From the IMG/VR virus record IMGVR_UViG_3300006056_000031, positions 15,911 to 79,910 of that record: a DNA stretch of 64,000 nt. The stretch is one strand, 5' to 3'. Made by a program: the position numbers and the translations under genes. Positions 36,926-45,183 of the stretch are shown here, piece by piece. Under the pieces are notes generated by a model. That model made no database searches. It worked only from the letters and a program-made list of their open reading frames with translations, and was not told the DNA's origin. The stretch comes from a virus (lineage: Duplodnaviria > Heunggongvirae > Uroviricota > Caudoviricetes). How positions within the stretch are numbered: the stretch's first letter is position 1; each line of letters opens with the position of its first letter.

Positions 36926-37999
36926 ATGAGCGATAATAAAAAGTTTTTAAAAGAGTATTTAGACGCATTCTCACCTGTAGGTAGAGAAATCGAAGGTCAA
37001 AAGGTTTGGATCGATTACGTTAGACCATTAGTTAACGAAATAAAAGTTGATGCTTATGGTACCGCATACGGTCTTATTAAGGGAACTGGTGACAAGAAGG
37101 TAATTTTGGAAAGCCACTGCGACGAAATTTCCTGGATTATCACGGAAATCGAAGCAAATGGAATGATCCGGGTGAAAACAAACGGGGGATCCGACAATAT
37201 GATTGCACCATCAATGACAGTATTTGTTCATACCCATGACGGTAAAAAAGTACCTGGAGTTTTTGGATGGCCTGCTATCCACACGAGAGAGAAGAGGGTT
37301 GATATGGGTCCGGAAGTTCATGATCTATGGGTCGACTTGGGCGTTGACACAGCAAAGAAAGTTGCAAAGCTTGGTGTTGAGGTTGGTAACTGTATCACAT
37401 TTGACCAACCATTCTTCGAACTTGGTAAGTATTACGTAGGTAGATCTTTGGACAACAAAATTGGTGGTTATATCATCGCCGAAGTTGCGAGAGAACTTAA
37501 GGAGGAAGGCACAATTTTACCTTTCGACCTCTACATCGTTAATGCTGTACAGGAAGAGGTTGGGTTATTCGGTGCAAGGTTGATTGCACAAACAATCAAA
37601 CCAGACATTGCATTGGTTCATGACGTTACACATAACACAAACTCGCCTAAGATGAACAAAGCCAAATCCGGCGATGTTAAAGGAGGTGCAGGACCGGTTA
37701 TTGAGTACGCATCACAGAACCACAAGGATCTAATCAAGATGGTTAGAGAGGTTGCTAAGAAGAAAGAAATTCCATTGCAGCTATCTGTTGGGTCTTATGG
37801 AAATGACACTGTTTCGTTCTTCCTCGAAAACATCCCTACGGTGATCGTAGCTAGTCCGTTGAAGTATATGCATACTACAGTAGAGATGGTACATAAAGAT
37901 GACGTAGCGGCTGCAATACAAGTTTTTAAAGAGACGTTGAAGCAATTGACCACCGGCACAATTGCTATGATTAACGACCAAACACATAAATACGTATAA
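36926..37999 (+). CDS. M42-family metallo-aminopeptidase (FrvX/CelM/deblocking aminopeptidase-like)
   Basis: SPVGREIEGQKVWIDYV..VDAYGTAYGLIKG...VILESHCDEISWII matches the M42 N-terminal region and the H-x-D-E-I metal-binding motif. Length (357 aa) and domain order fit M42. Confidence 0.75.
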   Translation: MSDNKKFLKEYLDAFSPVGREIEGQKVWIDYVRPLVNEIKVDAYGTAYGLIKGTGDKKVILESHCDEISWIITEIEANGMIRVKTNGGSDNMIAPSMTVFVHTHDGKKVPGVFGWPAIHTREKRVDMGPEVHDLWVDLGVDTAKKVAKLGVEVGNCITFDQPFFELGKYYVGRSLDNKIGGYIIAEVARELKEEGTILPFDLYIVNAVQEEVGLFGARLIAQTIKPDIALVHDVTHNTNSPKMNKAKSGDVKGGAGPVIEYASQNHKDLIKMVREVAKKKEIPLQLSVGSYGNDTVSFFLENIPTVIVASPLKYMHTTVEMVHKDDVAAAIQVFKETLKQLTTGTIAMINDQTHKYV

Positions 38000-38000
38000 T

Positions 38001-38249
38001 ATGGCAGTTTCACCACAATTATTGGACGAAAATCTCCAAAAGGAAGCCGATGGATTTGAAAAAAAGATAGATCTTCATCTATCAAATTCTAAACTTAGGT
38101 CAGGGGGAACTTTAACTCTTAAGGTTCCAGAAGGTATGAGTTATTTACATCTTGAAATAATAAGAGGCAGGTACATCAAGGCTGGATGGAAAAAAGTTGA
38201 AATGAAATCCGATCAGCGAGAAGGCACCTGGTTAGAATTTACATCATAA
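38001..38249 (+). CDS. hypothetical protein
   Basis: ORF of 82 aa. Confidence 0.45.
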   Translation: MAVSPQLLDENLQKEADGFEKKIDLHLSNSKLRSGGTLTLKVPEGMSYLHLEIIRGRYIKAGWKKVEMKSDQREGTWLEFTS

Positions 38250-38254
38250 TAGGC

Positions 38255-38953
38255 ATGAGAAAGGAATCCATAGAGGAAATATTAGATGCTGGAGGATCAA
38301 TAAGATTCCCATATAAAACTGATCTTAAAGATTGGTACTCGGAAATTTCGATAGCCAAACTTGAGGAGTCCTATCGCATCTCCCCAGGGACGACTTTTTA
38401 TTCATTTGATGCTGCAATAAACTATCTATTTAGTATGATTCTAGCACCAAAGAATGCTGCTTACATTATAGATAGACTCAAGAAGAGGGGAATAGAATGT
38501 GATCTTGAAGATCCGGACGAAAACTATTTGTCAGAATTTAAAACAGAGAAAAAGGTGGTGTCTGAGGAATTCAAAAAATTGAACATAGCCAAACAAAAGA
38601 GAGGAACAAAGGAGGAAATAGAGAATTTTCTAGACAAAGTTTCTGCTAGAATTGTTACCAACGGGTTCCCAATCCTTTTACATACTGATCTGAGACTTTT
38701 TGTTAATCTCTATGCGCTCAATTCACCACATATCAGCATCTCGTTTTGTTATTCCATTGAAAGTCAGGAATCCATATTCAGAAATGGGGTTGAACTAAAG
38801 GACTTAACCCCACATAAACTTGAAGCAGCGAGGAAACTCGAAATTTTTAACGATAAATCGGGGGTTAAATATCTATTTACTGAATTAAATGTATCATACT
38901 ATCCAAAGGAGGGCGGTGGGAGAATTTATAAAAGGTACGAACTTAAAATATAA
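38255..38953 (+). CDS. hypothetical protein
   Basis: ORF of 232 aa. Confidence 0.5.
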   Translation: MRKESIEEILDAGGSIRFPYKTDLKDWYSEISIAKLEESYRISPGTTFYSFDAAINYLFSMILAPKNAAYIIDRLKKRGIECDLEDPDENYLSEFKTEKKVVSEEFKKLNIAKQKRGTKEEIENFLDKVSARIVTNGFPILLHTDLRLFVNLYALNSPHISISFCYSIESQESIFRNGVELKDLTPHKLEAARKLEIFNDKSGVKYLFTELNVSYYPKEGGGRIYKRYELKI

Positions 38954-38956
38954 CAT

Positions 38957-39127
38957 ATGCCAAGAATAGAAATCAAGGATTCTAAATTGAGCTCGATTAT
39001 CAAAAAGTGCGAGTCCTTAAAATTGGACACAAAAAAAGTTAAAATAGAAACAGCAACATTCGAGGATTTAACAAATCCCGATGAATATTATACTAAACTA
39101 TATTTAAGATATGAAAACAACAAATAA
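38957..39127 (+). CDS. hypothetical small protein (56 aa)
   Basis: ATG at 38957 fills the gap. Overlaps the 39111 start by 17 nt. Confidence 0.3.
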   Translation: MPRIEIKDSKLSSIIKKCESLKLDTKKVKIETATFEDLTNPDEYYTKLYLRYENNK

Positions 39128-39584
39128 ATACGTGTTTTTCTGGAATGGAATTTACTCGCAATGGCATAAAGCAAATATGACCATTGGCAAAATAGAATAT
39201 AATTCATGCGAGCAATACATGATGCACCAGAAGGCATTGTTATTTGGCGATGAAGAAACTGCAGAATTAATCATGCAGGAGAAAAATCCAAGGGAACAAA
39301 AGAAATTCGGAAGGATGGTTAAGAACTTTGACAAATCAATTTGGGAAAGGAATTGCTTAGCTATTGTATATGAAGGAAATCTTGCTAAGTTCTCACAAAA
39401 CGAGGATCTAAAAGAGGAGCTTCTCGCAACGGACAATAGGATTCTTGTTGAAGCAAGTCCAGTTGATAGTATCTACGGGATAGGATTGGCTGAGGATGGA
39501 AGGGGCATCGAGGATCCATCAAATTGGAGGGGTCTTAACATTCTGGGATCAATAATAACTATGGTTAAAAATGAATTAAGATAG
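39111..39584 (+). CDS. NADAR-domain protein (YbiA-like, DUF1768)
   Basis: YVFFWNGIYSQWH...EYNSCEQYMMHQKALLFGDEE.....NPREQKKFGRMVKNFDKSIWERNCLAIVYEGNLAKFSQNEDLKEELLATDNRILVEASPVDSIYGIGL is collinear with the NADAR/YbiA consensus (FfwG..S.FS ... sEq..qA.K ... P...K.lGr ... W...r..vm...n.aKF.Q...L...Ll.Tg...LvE.s..D..WG.G). Confidence 0.65.
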   Translation: MKTTNKYVFFWNGIYSQWHKANMTIGKIEYNSCEQYMMHQKALLFGDEETAELIMQEKNPREQKKFGRMVKNFDKSIWERNCLAIVYEGNLAKFSQNEDLKEELLATDNRILVEASPVDSIYGIGLAEDGRGIEDPSNWRGLNILGSIITMVKNELR

Positions 39585-40394
39585 AATATATTTTTCACAA
39601 ATAAATCCCTTGTGTGATTTATATTTTTTTGCTGATACTTTATACATTCCTGATTCTGATAATCCGTTTCTTCTACAAAATAGTGATAGATTATCGACAG
39701 CAAATTTCTCTCCTGATTCTATATTAGTTATTATATAATTATTTGGACACCATACATTATTAATATGTACGGTGTCCATTTTATTAAATATCTCGAATTT
39801 TCTGGGTAGATATACGGTTGCTTCCGTATAGATGTACTTTCTGAATTCGTGCGTATATTTATCTATATTTAGATTTGCAAGATCTTTATTTTTATGATCA
39901 ATGCTTATATTACCATAACCCAAATAGACAAGTAGATCCTCTATAAATCTTACATTCGATATTATTGATACCCGGTAGGAATTACCACCTCTGTGTGATA
40001 TGCACCCATCGCCATCAAAATATCCTCTTATAAAATGATTCATAAGACTATGACTGATATTAGGAAGTCTTATTTTAAATCCCTTATTCGTAACACATCC
40101 ATTATCTATTAAATCCAGAACCATTCTCTTACATCCTATTGTTATCTGACAATATGGATTAGCGACAGTATCATATATTTCTATTCTATGATTGGATCCT
40201 ATAGATTCTCTAAATTTCTCCATGTGGCTGAAATCTTTGATTGCTAGTTTTAATCTAGCAAAATTTAGCGTGTTTGATCTTATATACCCGTCAGCATACA
40301 GGAATCCAAGCCAATATGCTTTTTCCTCAGAATCTATGCTACTAAAAAAATTTTCATCAATATTATACTTTTTCATCCGCTTTATATTTTTCAA
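39576..40394 (-). CDS. LAGLIDADG homing endonuclease (minus strand)
   Basis: Two motifs: AYWLGFLYADGYIR and IRGYFDGDGCIS. The annotated first codon is TTG. The first in-frame ATG is at 40376 (MKKYNIDENFF...). Confidence 0.7.
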   Translation of the reverse strand: MKNIKRMKKYNIDENFFSSIDSEEKAYWLGFLYADGYIRSNTLNFARLKLAIKDFSHMEKFRESIGSNHRIEIYDTVANPYCQITIGCKRMVLDLIDNGCVTNKGFKIRLPNISHSLMNHFIRGYFDGDGCISHRGGNSYRVSIISNVRFIEDLLVYLGYGNISIDHKNKDLANLNIDKYTHEFRKYIYTEATVYLPRKFEIFNKMDTVHINNVWCPNNYIITNIESGEKFAVDNLSLFCRRNGLSESGMYKVSAKKYKSHKGFICEKYILS

Positions 40395-40512
40395 TTTCAG
40401 AATCTATAAAATTTCTTATCCTCTTACTCATATCCATCCCATTTTCATCCAATATTTTTTTATATTGAATATATTTATTCTCGTCAATTCTTATCGTGAT
40501 TAATCTTTTCAT
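40363..40512 (-). CDS. small ribbon-helix-helix (CopG/Arc-like) protein, 49 aa
   Basis: Reverse-complement ORF MKRLITIRIDENKYIQYKKILDENGMDMSKRIRNFIDSEIEKYKADEKV. It has the beta-strand (RLITIRID) plus two helices typical of RHH DNA-binding proteins. Its end overlaps the LAGLIDADG gene start by 14 nt. Confidence 0.4.
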   Translation of the reverse strand: MKRLITIRIDENKYIQYKKILDENGMDMSKRIRNFIDSEIEKYKADEKV

Positions 40513-40554
40513 ATCTAATAATTTTGTATATACATATATATCGAAATATATTTT

Positions 40555-40590
40555 ATTTTTTCGGAATAATTCATTATATTTGCAATATAA
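40555..40590 (+). promoter_or_regulatory. phage promoter (-7 box 40575-40583)
   Basis: ttttttcggaataattcattatatttgcaatataa. Confidence 0.55.
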
Positions 40591-40615
40591 TTTATAAATA
40601 TTTATAATATGAAAA

Positions 40616-40945
40616 ATGAACTTCGAGGAGCTTAAAGAACAGGCACTCCTGTTTGTTTACTGGTGTAACAAACTAAGAGAGGGTGGTTTTCTGGAAGGAG
40701 GAACACTTATAACAGAAAAGGGATTCGACATGGCAATGGATCTTGTTGAATCTGGGGTTAAACTCGAGGAGAAAACTGCAATAAAATGTGCAGAGGAATT
40801 AAACGTCGATGTTAGAGTTGTTGATCTCATCATGGAGATGCAGGATATTGGATATACAGCATTCGTAGAATTAGCCAAGAAATTAGAAGGCATGTCAGAG
40901 AGTGACGGAATTAGTGATATAATTAATAACATAGATAAAGAATAG
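40616..40945 (+). CDS. hypothetical acidic protein
   Basis: ORF of 109 aa downstream of promoter box 40575-40583. Confidence 0.5.
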   Translation: MNFEELKEQALLFVYWCNKLREGGFLEGGTLITEKGFDMAMDLVESGVKLEEKTAIKCAEELNVDVRVVDLIMEMQDIGYTAFVELAKKLEGMSESDGISDIINNIDKE

Positions 40946-40947
40946 TT

Positions 40948-41730
40948 ATGGGATTAGACATTTATTTGAAAAGGTACGATGATTTCAAAGCAACCAGACA
41001 ATCAGAGGAAGAGTACGAGAAATTATCAAACAAAATCTGGGAAGAAGGTGAGGTGAAATATGACGATATGTCGGATGAAGAAAAAGAATCCCGCAGATCA
41101 CAGGTTAATGCAAATGCACAAAGACTTGGACTTAATACCTGGGGTTCTGATGAAGCCAACGTTGAATCAATAGAGGAACCACATCCGTGCTATCCGGATC
41201 ACTACTTCAAGATTGGTTATTTTAGAAGCTCCTATAACGATAGTGGCATCGAGAGAATATTAGGAAATATGGGGGTTCCAACGCTTAGCGAAATATTCTC
41301 AGTGGAAAATGAGGACTATTATATCCAACCAAATTGGGAGGAGTCTCTAGAGAGAGTCAATTCAGCAATAGAGAAACTCAAGGTTGAACCAGCCTACAGA
41401 ATTAAAGCGGTTGGACCAAACATATTCCGTGATCCAGATGTTAATTCGGAGCAGGATGCAATGGCAATACTCAAAGAGAAATTAAATAGGGAGAAACACG
41501 AATATAATTACTCCTGCTCCGAGGGTGAATTTAGCATAGCAGAGCCACAAAAAATCGTTGCTCTCATACCGGGATACACACACGTACTTAGAAAGTCACC
41601 ATGTGTTTATGTGGTAACTGAAAGTGATAACACCTGGTATATTGAAGCTTTGGAAATAGTTAAATCCACAATCGAATATGTTCTAAGCAAAGATAAAAGG
41701 GAACAATATTACTTACACTGGAGCGGATAA
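40948..41730 (+). CDS. hypothetical protein
   Basis: ORF of 260 aa. Confidence 0.5.
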   Translation: MGLDIYLKRYDDFKATRQSEEEYEKLSNKIWEEGEVKYDDMSDEEKESRRSQVNANAQRLGLNTWGSDEANVESIEEPHPCYPDHYFKIGYFRSSYNDSGIERILGNMGVPTLSEIFSVENEDYYIQPNWEESLERVNSAIEKLKVEPAYRIKAVGPNIFRDPDVNSEQDAMAILKEKLNREKHEYNYSCSEGEFSIAEPQKIVALIPGYTHVLRKSPCVYVVTESDNTWYIEALEIVKSTIEYVLSKDKREQYYLHWSG

Positions 41731-41732
41731 TT

Positions 41733-42308
41733 ATGAACATAGAAGATCCAAAGAGAAATCCGGAAATTGAATCGTTTATGGCATTCGAATTTCCAATAGT
41801 TAGAAACGTGAGCGGAAATACAATAGCAGATTCATTAGAATCGGTTACACCGAAAGCTCCTGGAAAAATCAAAAAACAATATGAAAATCACTGGGGGGAA
41901 ACTGTTACACAGTATGAGGGAAGTATGTTTAGCACCATTACGAGTTACGATTCACATTATATGTTTGGCGACAGAGGGCACGCCTTTGGGATGGGTTGGT
42001 ACATCGTTAACGAAACGGGTAAAATGGTTTATTCCGGCAATGAAGAATATAACGAGCTCGTTAATAAATGTTCAATTTACTGGGAAGCGATGGAAATTCT
42101 TCGCAGAAAATACAAGCTCCCAGAATACTCCGTCGAGAGAGGGAGAGGAGATCGTCTCGTTGTCAACGATAAAATCATCAAAGGTATCCTTATCCACCCA
42201 GGGTCGTTCCGAGGAGGGCTTATGATATTTTTAGATTGTGCTTTCGATTTAATAGATGCAGATATTGCATCAGGTAGAATAAAACCTGGAGAATATGGAA
42301 GGGAATAA
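41733..42308 (+). CDS. hypothetical protein
   Basis: ORF of 191 aa. Confidence 0.5.
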   Translation: MNIEDPKRNPEIESFMAFEFPIVRNVSGNTIADSLESVTPKAPGKIKKQYENHWGETVTQYEGSMFSTITSYDSHYMFGDRGHAFGMGWYIVNETGKMVYSGNEEYNELVNKCSIYWEAMEILRRKYKLPEYSVERGRGDRLVVNDKIIKGILIHPGSFRGGLMIFLDCAFDLIDADIASGRIKPGEYGRE

Positions 42309-42507
42309 ATTAGTCAAGCGATATAAAATAAGTGTAAAGGCTTATAATTTCAGCGATCACTACGGAACCCATGTCGATATGCAAGACACACCACCATCGG
42401 AACAGGACATAATTAATTCAATCCTTGAATCAAAGGAGACATTAAAATGGGGGTCAAGGGAAGCATCGGTTGAGGAGGTTTATATACTAATGAAAGAAAA
42501 AGAGTAA
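42295..42507 (+). CDS. hypothetical protein
   Basis: ORF of 70 aa. Confidence 0.4.
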   Translation: MEGNKLVKRYKISVKAYNFSDHYGTHVDMQDTPPSEQDIINSILESKETLKWGSREASVEEVYILMKEKE

Positions 42508-42869
42508 TGAGGGATCCAAAAGAAATCAGGGAAGAAATAGCAACAGCAGAAGAAGAAATAGCAACCCTAGAATTGGAGCTAAAGAAATCCGAAGAGTTCT
42601 ATAAATGGGAATTTCTAACAGGAAGCGATGAACCAGGAGAAAGCATAGGATCTTTTAATATAGCAAAAGCCAAACTTATATTAACAGAACTAAGAAAAGG
42701 AAAAAGAGTTCAGCTTAGACACGATGCTCTAGGAACATATGAGGTTTATATGAATCCGCAGAGGAATAGAATATTGGTTGATCCTGAGGGGAAATATGTG
42801 AAAGAGGATAACATAATGGGCTTCATAGTTTGGCATGCTGGTGATTGGTATAAGACTAGAGAAAAATAG
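42507..42869 (+). CDS. hypothetical protein
   Basis: ORF of 120 aa. Confidence 0.5.
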   Translation: MRDPKEIREEIATAEEEIATLELELKKSEEFYKWEFLTGSDEPGESIGSFNIAKAKLILTELRKGKRVQLRHDALGTYEVYMNPQRNRILVDPEGKYVKEDNIMGFIVWHAGDWYKTREK

Positions 42870-43200
42870 GATGAAAAGATCATATGCAAAAAAGCTAGCG
42901 GAAACAGTTACTAACGAGGAACTAAGAGATATGTTTTATAATGCGCAGCGATCAATAACCCAATGGGGGAATTGGGAAAAGGTTAGCAAGGTTAATAAAT
43001 CATTGTCTATTGGCACTGCATTTAATATACTATCATGTGGTGTTGATTCTGAGGATTTTCTGGATCAAAAAATAGCTCCAATAGCTAAATTCAACATGAT
43101 CCGGGAGTTTGGTGAGTATTTACCAAATTATCAGCCGGAACAAACCAGAGCCAAACCAAATATAAAGATTACACATCACGAACCCAAATTTCTAAAATAA
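42835..43200 (+). CDS. hypothetical protein
   Basis: ORF of 121 aa. Confidence 0.45.
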   Translation: MLVIGIRLEKNRMKRSYAKKLAETVTNEELRDMFYNAQRSITQWGNWEKVSKVNKSLSIGTAFNILSCGVDSEDFLDQKIAPIAKFNMIREFGEYLPNYQPEQTRAKPNIKITHHEPKFLK

Positions 43201-43433
43201 TGAAAGCAACAGAATTTTGTTTTTGGATTCAAGGCTTCTTTGAGCTATCCGAATCAGAACAGTTAACACCAAGACAAGTGGAAATAATCAGAAATCATTT
43301 AAAGCTGGTTTTCTATCACGATATAGATCCATCATATTCAGAGGATCCAGTGGTACAAGAAGAAATGCAAGCTATCCATGACGGAACCACAAAACCACCA
43401 AAGAAACAACAAGGTACAATTGTAAAATGTTAA
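43200..43433 (+). CDS. hypothetical protein
   Basis: ORF of 77 aa. Confidence 0.45.
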   Translation: MKATEFCFWIQGFFELSESEQLTPRQVEIIRNHLKLVFYHDIDPSYSEDPVVQEEMQAIHDGTTKPPKKQQGTIVKC

Positions 43434-43445
43434 ATGATATAAACT

Positions 43446-43649
43446 ATGATTAAAGTAATCTGGACACCAGAAAAGAAAGAAGCTGTAATCCAAAAATTGA
43501 CAGAATACTTCGAAAAACACGGAATAGGTGAAATGATAATGCAGGATGATGACGCTCTTATTGAAGCACCAGAGTATCTTGCTGAGATTGCAGACGAGAT
43601 ATTAATTGATCGTGAAGGTATAATCTTTATTGATGAGGACGATGAATAA
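43446..43649 (+). CDS. hypothetical acidic protein
   Basis: ORF of 67 aa. Confidence 0.45.
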   Translation: MIKVIWTPEKKEAVIQKLTEYFEKHGIGEMIMQDDDALIEAPEYLAEIADEILIDREGIIFIDEDDE

Positions 43650-43902
43650 GCTACAAGGATTTGTGATGTGGCTGGATGGATTTTTAGCTGCAACCGGCGA
43701 CCATCTAACAACTAGTCAGACGAAAACTGTTAAAGAAAAACTAAATGGTCTATTCGAGCACGAAGCAGAACCACCGAAGAAACCAAATCCCACCCTCGAG
43801 GAATTGGGGGAACAACACGGATTTGAGGTGACACCTGGATTCCCAGGGGAACATAAAGGATTCCCAGGAAGGGACGAAGACGGAGTATTATACAGATGTT
43901 AG
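43630..43902 (+). CDS. hypothetical protein
   Basis: ORF of 90 aa. Confidence 0.45.
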   Translation: MMRTMNKLQGFVMWLDGFLAATGDHLTTSQTKTVKEKLNGLFEHEAEPPKKPNPTLEELGEQHGFEVTPGFPGEHKGFPGRDEDGVLYRC

Positions 43903-44234
43903 AAAAAAGAGGTCTTGCGGTAAAAAAAGATGACAGATGGTACATTTCCATCTGCTGTGGTGGATGTAATGGTATTGACGAGGTTTGTAAGCCAATTGAA
44001 TATAAACTACATCCTTCAGACCACCAGGACTTTGACCTTATACACAAGAATGCTACTTCAGTCCAAGATTTACCTCTATGGACATTTGTTCTTCTCGTCG
44101 AAGAGGAGGATTTTGTGGGAGGGTGTGGGCATACAGGGTATCCGACATACACAACTTACGCAAAGCTTTCTAATAAATTATATACCCCAATATTCATAAC
44201 CATAAAAGATCTAGATAATCTAATAGACTTCTAA
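43896..44234 (+). CDS. hypothetical Cys-rich protein
   Basis: 112 aa with ICCGGCNG...C and GGCGH. An alternative-frame ORF at 43930..44199 competes for this interval. Confidence 0.4.
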   Translation: MLEKRGLAVKKDDRWYISICCGGCNGIDEVCKPIEYKLHPSDHQDFDLIHKNATSVQDLPLWTFVLLVEEEDFVGGCGHTGYPTYTTYAKLSNKLYTPIFITIKDLDNLIDF

Positions 44235-44567
44235 ATGAGAAAAATAATTTACCTAGCATCACCTTATAGCCATCCAGATGACAAAAAAAGGGAGGAGAAT
44301 TTCGAGAAAATATCAAAAATAGCAGCGGATCTTTGTGCGAATGGGAACGTAGCATTTTCACCCATAACATACGGGCACACCCTTACACAATTTAAAGAAA
44401 TGCCAACGGACTGGCCATTCTGGCAGAATTTCTGTCTAAGCTTTCTTCAAGTTAGTGATGAGCTACATGTCTGCAAAATGGAAGGCTGGAATCATTCAAG
44501 AGGTGTCGCAGAAGAAATAGAATTTGCGGTCAAGGAAGGCATCGAAATAAAATATATTGATTGTTAG
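44235..44567 (+). CDS. nucleoside 2-deoxyribosyltransferase-like protein (DUF4406-type)
   Basis: KIIYLASPYSHPD...AFSPITYGH...W..WQNFCLSFLQVSDELHVCKMEGWNHSRGVAEEIEFAVKEGIEI resembles phage DUF4406/Rcl-like proteins (iYlAsPysh ... fsPi ... GW..SrG...E...A...g). Confidence 0.45.
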   Translation: MRKIIYLASPYSHPDDKKREENFEKISKIAADLCANGNVAFSPITYGHTLTQFKEMPTDWPFWQNFCLSFLQVSDELHVCKMEGWNHSRGVAEEIEFAVKEGIEIKYIDC

Positions 44568-44571
44568 TTAA

Positions 44572-44609
44572 AAATTTCCAAATAAAATTTTTTTATTTGG
44601 AATTTTTTT
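44572..44609 (+). terminator. rho-independent terminator
   Basis: AAATTTCCAAATAAAA-ttttt-TTATTTGGAATTT followed by a T run. Confidence 0.55.
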
Positions 44610-44625
44610 TATATTTGCCTAACAA
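44596..44625 (+). promoter_or_regulatory. phage promoter (-7 box 44610-44618)
   Basis: tatttggaattttttttatatttgcctaac. The upstream element overlaps the terminator stem. Confidence 0.5.
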
Positions 44626-44634
44626 TTAAAAGGA

Positions 44635-45165
44635 ATGAAAAAAGCAATACTTTTTATCGGCTTACCTGGATCAGGAAAAACATCCATAGTCAATAGAGAC
44701 TATGCCGGAGACTATGCTATAGTTTCTGCTGACCTCATTAAACAATCCCATAAGGATTATGACCCCAAGGATCCGGAACCCCTTCACCAATGGAGTGTTA
44801 AAGAAGCGGAAAGACAAATGCGTGAACTATCTGATAAAGGGATTTCTATGTGCATGGACTCCGGCGGAGTTAATAACTCCTACTCATCAAGAATTCATTT
44901 ATTGGAAAGTATGAAACGTGAACATGCAATAGTTTTAGTTACGTCCTGTCTAAGAGAAGGAAGCGATTTTGAGTGGCTAATTGAAACTGCAAGATTAACC
45001 TCAGCAATGGGAGGTATGTGTTTCAAACTCCAAAGATCCCAGTATGGATCACAACACTTCAACTGGGAAGGTTGGAAAAGAATAATAGCATCCTTAGAAC
45101 CATCAGTCGCCAAAATGAAAGAGTATTATGGCTACGATGAAGATGGGGACGAGGATGATATATAG
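44635..45165 (+). CDS. polynucleotide 5'-kinase-like P-loop kinase (T4 Pnk kinase-domain-like)
   Basis: N-terminal MKKAILFIGLPGSGKTS resembles the T4 Pnk kinase N-terminus (MKKIILTIGCPGSGKST). Walker A is at the extreme N-terminus as in Pnk/AAA_33 kinases. At 176 aa it is kinase domain only. Confidence 0.55.
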   Translation: MKKAILFIGLPGSGKTSIVNRDYAGDYAIVSADLIKQSHKDYDPKDPEPLHQWSVKEAERQMRELSDKGISMCMDSGGVNNSYSSRIHLLESMKREHAIVLVTSCLREGSDFEWLIETARLTSAMGGMCFKLQRSQYGSQHFNWEGWKRIIASLEPSVAKMKEYYGYDEDGDEDDI

Positions 45166-45183
45166 TTAAATTAAAATAATCTG

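Noticed and set aside
40192-40503. 103-aa + strand ORF antisense to the LAGLIDADG/RHH minus-strand pair
   Set aside because: Low-complexity Ile/Phe-rich translation typical of an AT-rich antisense frame. The opposite strand carries clear LAGLIDADG motifs.
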